Of a stretch of 64,000 bases of DNA, positions 7,967 to 17,297 are shown in pieces; the stretch's first letter is position 1; each line of letters begins with the position of its first letter. A program made the translations under genes and the position numbers. Under the pieces are notes generated by a model. That model worked only from the letters and a program-made list of their open reading frames with translations, did not search any database and had not been told where the DNA came from. Source of the stretch: a virus. Its lineage: Duplodnaviria; Caudoviricetes. The stretch is taken from the IMG/VR virus record IMGVR_UViG_3300025073_000989; one strand, written 5' to 3'.

Positions 7967-9636
7967 GTTTGGATCTCCTTTGGTTCATAAATATATCTTA
8001 TTTTTCCACAATCATAAATCTTTTCTAATCCTAACTCTTTTCTTAAATCTTCCTCTGTTTTACCTTCTATATCTAAACCATATTTATTAGCAAAAACTTT
8101 TTTTCTAAAATTAAATTTATGCTCTCTCCTACCATTAACGAGATAAGAATAATCTGGTGGTAATATTTTATCTACTTTAAATCCTACAGCTTCATAGCTT
8201 TTACCAGTAAACATAGATATATCACAGAAGGTTACTATTTTTACTAAGTAAACTCTGTCTACATATTTTATAACCTTTCCTAGCGCTCCAAAAACTTTCG
8301 TATTTAATAAGCAGGCATGCCGTTCTAATTGAAAATAACCTTTATGTATAGAAAAAACTGAAGCAGAAACTAACTCATTTTCATAAAAAAGACCTAAGTA
8401 AATACTACCTTTAGCTGAACCTTGTATATGATTCTTATTTAAAAACCCCTTGACATCTTCATAGTCTATCTCCATCAACTTAGTTTTTCGGCCGTAAATA
8501 ACTTTGTCTACAAAACCTAACCTTGCTTTTAAAAAAGACTTTAGTATTTCCTTTTTTAAGTTCCAACTATCTTCCCATACATGTATTAATTCATATCCTT
8601 CTTTGGCGCATAGTTGGGTTTTATTTAGATGATAATGTTTACTTCCTAATAATTCCTCTGTATGCCAATAAAGGCCATTAAACTCTATGGCTATTTTCTT
8701 ATCAGGTATAACTATGTCTAACTCTTTTGGTCCTATAAGTTCCTTATTATTATTTACACTGTTTATACAAATTGTATTTACAAATTCCTGTAGCTCTGTC
8801 TCTCCTTTAGAGCCCTTACTATAACATTTTGGACAGTTAGACTCATTACTTATATGAGAAGCAGGAGCTTGTGCAAATATACCGTGAGATTTACATATTA
8901 TATTAACTTTATCATTATATCCAGTGTACTCTACTAAAGAATAATCATATCTATCTCCATGAATTTCTTTAAATTTATTTAAAATAAACTCTTTGGTATG
9001 TGTAGTTTTTTCTTTCACAGACTCAATGCCACATTTAAAACATCCATATGAGAAGTGCTCCGCAGGTCTTTGTAAAAACTCTCCATGTTTTGGACAAACT
9101 ATAATAACTTTATCAGTAGCACTATTATATTTTACTTTTGAGTAATCATATTTATTTCCATGAACTTCAATAGCCTTTTCAATAAATAATAAACTTGAAT
9201 TAAATGCTTTTCGTTTTCCTTTATCTATATCAGAACATTTTAAACAAGCTAATTGTTTTTGACAACGTAGGTGGTTGCTGGGCATCTGATTAAATTCCCC
9301 ATGTATCGGGCATATTATTATTACATTTTTTATATTTTTTTTATAATCTACTTTAGAGTAGTCGTAATAAGCCCCATGAACTTTTTTGGCCTGATCTATA
9401 AAATCTAATAAGGTTTTTCGTTGCTTTTTATGTGTTGCTTCACATGCACATTTAGGACAACAAAAATTACTCTTAATATGTGATAAATAATCCTGATTAA
9501 AATTACCATGATCTTTACAACATATAATAACTTTATCAGCTTTATTCATACTGTTTGGTAACAGATTATAAATAAATTTGTTACCATGTTTTTTTAAAGA
9601 TGCCTCTATAAATTGCTCTTTTGTTAATTTATGCAT
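7963..9636 (-). CDS. Free-standing homing-type endonuclease: repeated Zn-binding DYSKV.Y...C..HG units plus C-terminal PD-(D/E)xK (DUF559/EDxHD-like) nuclease
   Basis: Four HG..YDYS.V.Y....KV.I.C..HG.F repeats; ELDI.IP..KIAIE.NGLYWH, IHVWED. Confidence 0.8.
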   Translation of the reverse strand: MHKLTKEQFIEASLKKHGNKFIYNLLPNSMNKADKVIICCKDHGNFNQDYLSHIKSNFCCPKCACEATHKKQRKTLLDFIDQAKKVHGAYYDYSKVDYKKNIKNVIIICPIHGEFNQMPSNHLRCQKQLACLKCSDIDKGKRKAFNSSLLFIEKAIEVHGNKYDYSKVKYNSATDKVIIVCPKHGEFLQRPAEHFSYGCFKCGIESVKEKTTHTKEFILNKFKEIHGDRYDYSLVEYTGYNDKVNIICKSHGIFAQAPASHISNESNCPKCYSKGSKGETELQEFVNTICINSVNNNKELIGPKELDIVIPDKKIAIEFNGLYWHTEELLGSKHYHLNKTQLCAKEGYELIHVWEDSWNLKKEILKSFLKARLGFVDKVIYGRKTKLMEIDYEDVKGFLNKNHIQGSAKGSIYLGLFYENELVSASVFSIHKGYFQLERHACLLNTKVFGALGKVIKYVDRVYLVKIVTFCDISMFTGKSYEAVGFKVDKILPPDYSYLVNGRREHKFNFRKKVFANKYGLDIEGKTEEDLRKELGLEKIYDCGKIRYIYEPKEIQT

Positions 9637-11542
9637 TTATTTTATCACATTTTATGCAAGTTAAATCTTTGTCTCTAAACTCAAACTCTATACCACCACA
9701 CTTTTTACCATCTACTGGATTTTCACATTTTTCTTTTGTCCAACAATGACTTATAAGTCCAGTAGTTTCCATTCCTATATGTGTAAAATAAAAACCAAAA
9801 CCTCTAATAATGCAATCTTCAACTATTTTAGTTACTTCATATCTCTTATCAAACAAAGTTTCTATGATTACCTCGTCATGCACAGTAAGAATTAGGCATG
9901 CATAATAATCTAGTTTTTCAAGTTCTTCTACAATGTAAATCATTGATTTCTTTATAGTATCACTATTTGACCCCTGAATAGGGGCATTCTTTGCCTGCCT
10001 TTCTATACTACGTGTAACTGTTTTGTAATCAGATGATGATACTGATGGTACATCATAAAAACGCTTTCTTCCAGATATTGATCTACTAAACCCAAACCTT
10101 ACAGCATCCTTACCAGACTTAGTTAAGTATGAATAAACTTTAGGATAAGCCTTAAAATATTCATTTATTGTCTTTTCTGCCTCTGCTTCTGATATTTTTA
10201 GTCTATTAGATAACCCATACTTAGACATACCATAAATAATGCCAAATCCAATAGCCTTTGCAGGCTTTCTATACTTTGAAGCTGCTGCCTCCACCATGGA
10301 TACTTTAAATATCTCAGAAGCTGTTTTAGTATGAATGTCTATTCCATGGTCATAGCAATATTTAAAAGCAGGTTCTTCTGATAGATTTCCAAGGATACGG
10401 ACTTCGGCACCTGACATATCTGCTGTTATTAACACACAACCTTCCTTAGCTATAAAGCCACTCCTATATTTCTGTTTACCAGGAATGTTTTGTAGGTTCG
10501 GATCAGAACTACTCATTCTTCCAGTTGAAACCATCTGTTTAAATCTAGTATGCAGTCTACCAGTTACTGGGCTTATCTTATCTAATAATGCTTCTCCGTA
10601 CGTAGATATAAACTTCTGGGTTTTTCTATATCCCAACAAAGCATCTATCACTGGATGCCCTTCGTGTTTTTCAAGTTCACCAACATCCGTTCTCTCTAAA
10701 TTAAACCCAAACTTCTGTAATTCTTTTTTAAGCTGTTGGTTGCTGTTTATATTTATTGTAGACACCCCAAATAAAGTTGTCTGTTCTGATTTAGTTGAAA
10801 AAATGTCATGTAAAGTATTTTCATACTCTTGTCGTTCTTCTTCAGCATCAACCATTAACTCTCTCCACCTAGTAACGTCAATAGTAATCCCGTTTAACTC
10901 CATCTCACACATTGCCCTTACAAAATCAAACTCCAATTTAGCAACGTGCTCAAGCCCATGTTTTTTCAACTCCATTATCTGCATATCACGAATTATATTT
11001 AAAATAACAACATCGTTAGCTGCATAAACAAGCTGATAGTCTTTATACTCCTGGTTATACTCTTCAAATGATTTAACTGGCTGCTTATCCATTTGGATAC
11101 CAAGGTATTTTCTAACAAGAGCCTCTAAACTAGCCCCCCTTTGCGTTATACCCAACTTCAACAACTGTTCAGCAATCATAGTATCATATATATTTTCAAT
11201 ATAAAATCCCCAGTGATATTTAATCATCTTCATATCAAATGAAGCGTTTTGTAGAATCTTTAAAATGGATTTATTTGTTAGTATAGACTTAAATACCTGA
11301 GGATTTATATTGTTATATGTAGTATAACTGCGCACATCAAAAACGTAAGCCCTACCAGCAACCCCCATCTGCAATAAAACTATCTTTGAAGTAAACACAT
11401 CCAAACCAGTAGTTTCAGTATCTATCTCTATTGTATCATAAGAACTTAATGCCTCCAACACCTCTAGTGCCCTAACTTCAGTGGTTATGTATTCAAACTT
11501 TGGCCTTGGTAAAAAAACATCCTCTTTAGCAAAAACACTCAT
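9629..11542 (-). CDS. polA: Family A DNA polymerase (3'-5' exonuclease + polymerase, no 5' nuclease) with C-terminal Cys cluster
   Basis: DTETTG, NASFD, YAAND; TGRMSSSDPNLQNIP, DMSGAEVR, K...FGIIYG, NAPIQG, VHDE. Confidence 0.95.
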   Translation of the reverse strand: MSVFAKEDVFLPRPKFEYITTEVRALEVLEALSSYDTIEIDTETTGLDVFTSKIVLLQMGVAGRAYVFDVRSYTTYNNINPQVFKSILTNKSILKILQNASFDMKMIKYHWGFYIENIYDTMIAEQLLKLGITQRGASLEALVRKYLGIQMDKQPVKSFEEYNQEYKDYQLVYAANDVVILNIIRDMQIMELKKHGLEHVAKLEFDFVRAMCEMELNGITIDVTRWRELMVDAEEERQEYENTLHDIFSTKSEQTTLFGVSTININSNQQLKKELQKFGFNLERTDVGELEKHEGHPVIDALLGYRKTQKFISTYGEALLDKISPVTGRLHTRFKQMVSTGRMSSSDPNLQNIPGKQKYRSGFIAKEGCVLITADMSGAEVRILGNLSEEPAFKYCYDHGIDIHTKTASEIFKVSMVEAAASKYRKPAKAIGFGIIYGMSKYGLSNRLKISEAEAEKTINEYFKAYPKVYSYLTKSGKDAVRFGFSRSISGRKRFYDVPSVSSSDYKTVTRSIERQAKNAPIQGSNSDTIKKSMIYIVEELEKLDYYACLILTVHDEVIIETLFDKRYEVTKIVEDCIIRGFGFYFTHIGMETTGLISHCWTKEKCENPVDGKKCGGIEFEFRDKDLTCIKCDKINA

Positions 11543-11544
11543 AA

Positions 11545-12621
11545 TTATCCCCTATCAGCCATTATCTGCGTAACTTTAAACATATTATTATAAAAAACAT
11601 ATTCTGCCGGTTTACCTGTCATGTATATTGGAACACTTAAAATATCTAAAGCTTTGGATAATTTCACACCTTCTCCAATTTTACCTGCCTTTTTTAAACA
11701 TGCTACAAAGTAACCACAAACAGCTATCCTTACTGCCTCAACGGGTAAAGTTGTATTTAGTTTATCAAACATACCTATTGAATCCTTAAATCTACCAAAC
11801 GATAAAGCTCTGCATAATTCTAATAACTGCGGACTGTCCTCGGCGAGAAGAATACCCAAAAACTGATTAACAGCCTCCAAAGACCACGAGCCCTCATTCA
11901 TAATATCATTTAATATAACTAAAGCATCTCTTGGTACGCCTTTGGTTTCTTCAGCTATAAGGTTTATCACATCCTCTTTATATTCTTCGCCTTCATATTG
12001 AACCACATTTATTAGCATTGCTTTTATGTCACCAATGGGCAAAGTATCAAACTGCATTCTAGAGCACCTTGATAAAAAAGCATCACCTCCAACCTTTTTA
12101 CTTTTCATTGAATCTGGTTGATTGGTACAAAAAATAAAATAAACATGAGAATATCCATCTTCTATCTCTTTTAAAAGAAGATCTTTAGCGGCGTCTGTTA
12201 GCTTATGAGCTTCGTCAAGAATTAAAACTTTATTTCTAGCATTAAAAGGGGCAGAAGGTAAATCTTTTACTAACTTTTCAATAGCATCTTTGCCTCCATC
12301 CCTACCAACATTAACCTCATGAATATCTATGTTATTACCATTAAGAATCGACTTACAGGATTGACAAGACAAACATGGAGCAGACGTAGATAAAGCAGTA
12401 GCCTCACAATTTACACTCAAAGCTATTATCCTAGCTACGCTGGTTTTGCCACAGCCGGCCTGACCGCTAAAAAGAAGAGTACGTGGTAATTTATTATTAT
12501 CTAAGTAATTTTTCAAAAGTTGTTTATTTTTACCGTTACCAATTAGTTCATCCACAGTACAAGGCCTGTATACAGTACTTAAACTATTACCCCTCATATT
12601 GTTTTCTCTTTTTACAAGCAT
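11545..12621 (-). CDS. dnaX: Clamp-loader AAA+ subunit (DnaX gamma/tau-like, short form)
   Basis: YRP....LIG, GQAGCGKTS Walker A, C...PC..C..C zinc module, LDEAH, SRC. Confidence 0.88.
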   Translation of the reverse strand: MLVKRENNMRGNSLSTVYRPCTVDELIGNGKNKQLLKNYLDNNKLPRTLLFSGQAGCGKTSVARIIALSVNCEATALSTSAPCLSCQSCKSILNGNNIDIHEVNVGRDGGKDAIEKLVKDLPSAPFNARNKVLILDEAHKLTDAAKDLLLKEIEDGYSHVYFIFCTNQPDSMKSKKVGGDAFLSRCSRMQFDTLPIGDIKAMLINVVQYEGEEYKEDVINLIAEETKGVPRDALVILNDIMNEGSWSLEAVNQFLGILLAEDSPQLLELCRALSFGRFKDSIGMFDKLNTTLPVEAVRIAVCGYFVACLKKAGKIGEGVKLSKALDILSVPIYMTGKPAEYVFYNNMFKVTQIMADRG

Positions 12622-13130
12622 TGCTTTCTCCTCAAAATTTCTGGTTTGAGTATTTCATATAATTCAGACAAAACACCAGTACCACTAATAGAATAAAACA
12701 TTCTATAAGCTATGTTCTTTATACTACTTACAGCATCTTCAGGACAAATAGACAGCGGTATCATTTGCATACATTCTATATCGGAGTAAGAATATCCTAT
12801 ATACAACACTTCTTCTGGTGATACCTCATATCGTTGAAGAATTTTTAATAATTCTCTTTTCTTATCTTTAGGAGCCCAGTAAAATGGTATATTCTTCCTC
12901 CTGCATAAATGATAAGATATGGAATTATCTGTTGATAGAAATACAAAAATAAACTCTTTTTTTATTTCATTAATTGCTTCAAAGTCCTTTATACAAAAGT
13001 ACTTAAACGGAGTGTTACCAAGTTCATCATAAGAAATTAATCCCTCTGTTATAGTACCCTCAACCTCACTAACTATTACTTTTATCTTTTTTAGCATTTC
13101 TAAAAACTGTTCCATTTTTCTTACCCCCAC
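12612..13130 (-). CDS. KdsC/YrbI-like HAD protein with degenerate catalytic motifs
   Basis: KIKVIVSEVEGTITEG (canonical DxDG reads EVEG), F..KD..AI, PEEVLYIG, CP.DA. Confidence 0.8.
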   Translation of the reverse strand: MGVRKMEQFLEMLKKIKVIVSEVEGTITEGLISYDELGNTPFKYFCIKDFEAINEIKKEFIFVFLSTDNSISYHLCRRKNIPFYWAPKDKKRELLKILQRYEVSPEEVLYIGYSYSDIECMQMIPLSICPEDAVSSIKNIAYRMFYSISGTGVLSELYEILKPEILRRKQCL

Positions 13131-13348
13131 CAGTCACTTAGATAAGGACTCTCTATAAAATCGGCGTCTACGGTAAAGCCTGTTAACCGCTTTATAACTC
13201 TTACATCTGCTGTAGTAAGTTGCTTATCTATTTTAATTATAGATCCTGATATATTACTACAATCCGCTGTAGAAAATTCACATATACCTTTTTTCTTCAA
13301 AATACACTCATGTTTTTCTTTCACTATAATATCAAAATCTATAGGCAA
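13121..13348 (-). CDS. Hypothetical protein
   Basis: ORF track; start uncertain. Confidence 0.45.
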   Translation of the reverse strand: MPIDFDIIVKEKHECILKKKGICEFSTADCSNISGSIIKIDKQLTTADVRVIKRLTGFTVDADFIESPYLSDWWG

Positions 13349-13428
13349 TATATCTTTTAATAGTTCCTTAAAGCTTTTAGTAGCATTCAGATACCATTAT
13401 AAGTAAACTCCTTTATTAGTACTAACTT

Positions 13429-13572
13429 TTATTTACCCTGTCCTCTATACGATTTGGTTTGTCTTTTTTGGTTCTTTGACTTACGCCTACTTCTATCAGA
13501 GTCTCCAATACTTGTAATCTTCTTTTTACTAATTATTATATCAGGCACAGTTGTCGTTGTTTTTTTCTTCAT
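13429..13572 (-). CDS. Small highly basic protein (47 aa) ending YRGQGK
   Basis: Manual ORF with AGGAGG RBS directly behind a consensus promoter. Confidence 0.7.
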   Translation of the reverse strand: MKKKTTTTVPDIIISKKKITSIGDSDRSRRKSKNQKRQTKSYRGQGK

Positions 13573-13592
13573 AGATTTTATTCCTCCTATTA

Positions 13593-13621
13593 ATTATAAT
13601 TACTTTCTTATACTTTGTCAA
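13593..13621 (-). promoter_or_regulatory. Consensus sigma70 promoter
   Basis: TTGACA-N17-TATAAT; the -35 overlaps the rmlD-like stop. Confidence 0.8.
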
Positions 13622-14421
13622 GACAGTATAGTTTCTGATAAACTTCTTAACTCAATTAACTGATCCTCCAGTGGAGGAATAACGATATTATTTTTACTAA
13701 CAGATAAAAGTGTCCTGTCGCACATTATACTAGTTGCTTTAGGATTTACCTTAACATTTAAATTATATACTTCAGAAATAAGTTTAACCAAAGCAAACTT
13801 ACTAAAAACTACCGGAGAATATATATGTTGTACACCATTCCAATATAAATTACCATTTATAATAGTAGCACAAACCTTGGCAAATTGCAAACAAGTTATA
13901 CCGTTCCAAAAATGATTTGTATAACCATCAACCTCTTTGTCTTTATTACTTTTTACCCACTCCAATAAAGATTTCTTGTTGTACTTTTCTTCTCCTATAA
14001 TAGAAGTTCTTATAACACAGCAATTATCTGGCTCACCCAAAGATTTAGATCTACCATAAATATCAACTGCATCGTGAAAATCTTTTTCATTATACAAGCC
14101 TTTTACGCCTAAAAAAACGCAATCACTACTTGGATGGATCAGTTTTGCGCCAACAGACTCACAGTGATTTGCAACTACCCATGGCAAGGCAGAATTAACA
14201 AGTATAAAGTCCAAAGGACTTACTTTCTTACGTTGTTTTATAACTCCTATGCAATTTATAACCACATCTCCTTTAATTATAGAATTAAAATTAGTTGTAG
14301 TAGCTTTAGTTGCATCTAGCATTTTCCTTGTTACATCTACAACGTCATAATTTAATGATTTAAAGTAAACAGATACATATCTACCAAGCATCCCATTACT
14401 ACCTAAAACAAAAAGCCTCAT
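13618..14421 (-). CDS. RmlD-like NDP-4-keto-6-deoxyhexose reductase (QnlB/WbvR-like)
   Basis: GSNGMLG, VINCIG, SSDCVF.G, YGRSKSLGE. Confidence 0.88.
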   Translation of the reverse strand: MRLFVLGSNGMLGRYVSVYFKSLNYDVVDVTRKMLDATKATTTNFNSIIKGDVVINCIGVIKQRKKVSPLDFILVNSALPWVVANHCESVGAKLIHPSSDCVFLGVKGLYNEKDFHDAVDIYGRSKSLGEPDNCCVIRTSIIGEEKYNKKSLLEWVKSNKDKEVDGYTNHFWNGITCLQFAKVCATIINGNLYWNGVQHIYSPVVFSKFALVKLISEVYNLNVKVNPKATSIMCDRTLLSVSKNNIVIPPLEDQLIELRSLSETILS

Positions 14422-15407
14422 AACAAAAAACCTCCCCGGTATAATAAACTTTTAAGGGTTTCATAATTACCAATCTCGTATGAAGATGAGTAACTTTCAA
14501 ATGGTACATTTTGCTTATTATCTAAATGTGTGTAGTCTCTATTAATTTTTAAATCCGATTTAATAACGTAGTAATCATCGTCATACACTACGGATCTTGG
14601 TGCCTCATATTCAGAAATAAGTAGCTCATGTACCTTCTCGCCCTCCCTTGCCCCAATTTCTTTTATTTTTGTGTCTTTATTTCCGTAATGATCTATAAGA
14701 ACTTGTGCTAAAGTTTTAATATAAAATGCTGGCATATGCATAACAAAAATCTCTCCACCAACAGAGCATTCAGAGGCTTTAAAAAGCAGAGCAATGGCAT
14801 CTGGCAATGTCATAAAATAACGAGTCATGTCGCCATTAGTTAATGTTATCTCATTATATTTTTTAATTTGATCTATAAATAATGGAACAACACTTCCGTT
14901 AGACCCTAGCACATTACCTGCCCTTATACAAACAAAATCCGTATTATCAGTTAGATTATTAGCTTGTATAGTTATCTTTTCTCCAATGGCTTTAGTAAAT
15001 CCGTACGTATTACAAGGACTTACGGATTTATCTGTAGAAATATCCAAAACCTTCTTTACCTTGTATTTAATTGCTGCATTAACTATATTTGTTGTACCAT
15101 TTACATTTGTTTTTATTGCTTCTTGTGGATGATTTTCGCATACAGGCACATGTTTTAATGCTGCGAGGCAAAAAACATAGTCAACCCCTCTGTCAAAAAC
15201 CCTCTCAACTGCTGAGTAGTCTCTAATATCACCTATTACAAATTCTATACGTGGGTCTTTAAATTTACGTTCCATATTAACTTGAGCAAGCTCTCCCCTT
15301 GAAAATACTATAATTTTTTTTGGATCTTTTTCAAGTAATTGCTTTACAAGTTCATTTCCCCATGATCCTGACGCCCCTGGACAAAAAATATTTTTATCTT
15401 TAAACAT
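14418..15407 (-). CDS. UDP-GlcNAc 4,6-dehydratase(/epimerase), FnlA/CapE/PseB family
   Basis: GASGSWG, AALKHVP, STDK...P.N.YG.TK, R.GNVLGS.GSVVP.F, MTRYFM, GEK.HE. Confidence 0.92.
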   Translation of the reverse strand: MFKDKNIFCPGASGSWGNELVKQLLEKDPKKIIVFSRGELAQVNMERKFKDPRIEFVIGDIRDYSAVERVFDRGVDYVFCLAALKHVPVCENHPQEAIKTNVNGTTNIVNAAIKYKVKKVLDISTDKSVSPCNTYGFTKAIGEKITIQANNLTDNTDFVCIRAGNVLGSNGSVVPLFIDQIKKYNEITLTNGDMTRYFMTLPDAIALLFKASECSVGGEIFVMHMPAFYIKTLAQVLIDHYGNKDTKIKEIGAREGEKVHELLISEYEAPRSVVYDDDYYVIKSDLKINRDYTHLDNKQNVPFESYSSSYEIGNYETLKSLLYRGGFLL

Positions 15408-15419
15408 TATTATTTCTCC

Positions 15420-15896
15420 TTATAATTTAGTAGCCAATAAGACTATTTCATTTAATGACCAGGTAGTATCTCTATGCTCTATAGAGTCTACCGCGAAATT
15501 ATACTTAGTACACATACGCCTTAGTTTCTCCTCGTAGATACCGTGTCTATGATAGTCATATTCGTGCAGATGCTCAGCGTATAGAAACTCTTCTAACTGA
15601 GCTATAGGCCAATCACCTTTGTTATAACTATTAATAGCCGAAACAATACTCGGAGCATACAAAGCTAACTTTCCACCTGACTTTAACATACGACTACACT
15701 CAGAAAAGAAGTGGTCAAACTCATTTTTAGTAAGGTGCTCAATCATATGCTCAGAGAATATTTCATCAATGGAAGCGTCTTCGTAGGTTAACTCTAAGAT
15801 GTTACCAACTACTGTCTCTTCTGTACGTTTAACAGCGTCGATATTAGTGTAGCCTTCTTGGTTTCTTTTTCCACTACCTAAATTTAACTTAATCAT
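15420..15896 (-). CDS. Class I SAM-dependent methyltransferase (type 11-like)
   Basis: KLNLGSG, SEHMIEH, LK.GG.L. Confidence 0.85.
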   Translation of the reverse strand: MIKLNLGSGKRNQEGYTNIDAVKRTEETVVGNILELTYEDASIDEIFSEHMIEHLTKNEFDHFFSECSRMLKSGGKLALYAPSIVSAINSYNKGDWPIAQLEEFLYAEHLHEYDYHRHGIYEEKLRRMCTKYNFAVDSIEHRDTTWSLNEIVLLATKL

Positions 15897-16678
15897 TCCT
15901 CTACCATCTCCTTGGCGTCTGTTGGTTTATTACCACTTTTTCTTTCTACTGAATAATGATGATAGGCTATAGAAGACTTACTCATAGTAAAATGAGCACC
16001 CGCCATACTACATCTATCAAAAAATAGTACGTCTGGGGCGTTAGGACCAGTCACTGTTAAATCCCAGGGGCCGGCTGCTTCCCAAAATCTTCTAGGAATC
16101 AAGTAGGGCATAGTACAACAAGTACCCCATGGGCCTCCGCGCTCCTCTTGTGTCTCTAACTTATCTTCATAAATCTGATTATATATAATATTGAACTTAC
16201 TAATATCAAACTTACCATACTCTGGCATACCACAGTCTGCTTGTACTAGAGCGTCTCCTGGGTAGTAACTTATTAGACTACAATTTACTATGTCATTTAT
16301 ATTAGCGTACTTTGCTAAATTAGTCAACCAATTTTTACCGAAGTACTGGTCGGTGTTTACTAGCCCACAATAATCATTAAGTGTAAATCCGTAGTTAAAC
16401 CCGGCGTTCATCATACCACGTAAATTAGGGACGTAACCTACATTGTAGTTAGTTTCGTAAGGTAAAACTCTTACAAAATTATATTTTGATTGCAGTTCAA
16501 TAAGATACTCTGAGACCTCTTTGGTAGGTCCCCATGTAACTACTATGTAGTCAAAGTTATTAGTGCCAGCATTTTCTATAAGAGACTCAGAAGAAAAGCG
16601 TAGCATCTCTAAAGCTGACGAAACGCAATTAAAAATAGACACTCTAGGCATTAAGAACCCCCTTAAAATAATAACCAA
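15893..16678 (-). CDS. GT-A fold glycosyltransferase (GT2-like)
   Basis: RVSIF..., N.GFNY, LVNTDQYF..NWL, WE..GPW, D..F. Confidence 0.7.
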   Translation of the reverse strand: MVIILRGFLMPRVSIFNCVSSALEMLRFSSESLIENAGTNNFDYIVVTWGPTKEVSEYLIELQSKYNFVRVLPYETNYNVGYVPNLRGMMNAGFNYGFTLNDYCGLVNTDQYFGKNWLTNLAKYANINDIVNCSLISYYPGDALVQADCGMPEYGKFDISKFNIIYNQIYEDKLETQEERGGPWGTCCTMPYLIPRRFWEAAGPWDLTVTGPNAPDVLFFDRCSMAGAHFTMSKSSIAYHHYSVERKSGNKPTDAKEMVEE

Positions 16679-17297
16679 TAATTACTGCGTCTGAAGCATC
16701 CTTGGTACCTAGAGAAAAGAAGATAACATCTGTTATATGCTTGAAAGATTCTAAAGTCATATCTGCCTGCTCATGTTCTTCATACTTATTATCTGCTGTA
16801 GATACCATCCCTGGCCCATCATAATAATTACCAAATGGACAAATGCTTACTAATCCCTTAGTAGCTAGTTGTTGTATCTTAGTAAATGTAGGAAGCATAT
16901 CTTCGTGCTTAACGTGCTCTGGGCCATGAATCCAACATACTAAATCAAAGTCGTTTGTGATTATTACTTTATCTACCTCACGCACATCACCTTTTAATAT
17001 AGGATAGTCTCTACCAGAAAACTTCTGTATGTATGGTTCGTATATTTCAATATATGTAATTTTACTAGCACCATAATTTTTTAAAATTCTAGGCCATTCA
17101 GTGAACATAAGGTCAGTACTACCAGTACCTACTAATAAAATAGAGCTCCCTTTTATGTGTACACAGAAAGATTCAAGAAACTGTACAAAATCTAGCGGTA
17201 CATCATGCGTTAAATCCTTAGCTAACCCATTCAATCTTAAATAAGAAAACCAATCAAACATTATGCCTCCATCAATCGTGGTAGTGGCACTATCCAT
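16644..17297 (-). CDS. Class I SAM-dependent methyltransferase
   Basis: ILLVGTG, IEIYEPY, GDVR, HGPEHV. Confidence 0.7.
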   Translation of the reverse strand: MDSATTTIDGGIMFDWFSYLRLNGLAKDLTHDVPLDFVQFLESFCVHIKGSSILLVGTGSTDLMFTEWPRILKNYGASKITYIEIYEPYIQKFSGRDYPILKGDVREVDKVIITNDFDLVCWIHGPEHVKHEDMLPTFTKIQQLATKGLVSICPFGNYYDGPGMVSTADNKYEEHEQADMTLESFKHITDVIFFSLGTKDASDAVIIGYYFKGVLNA

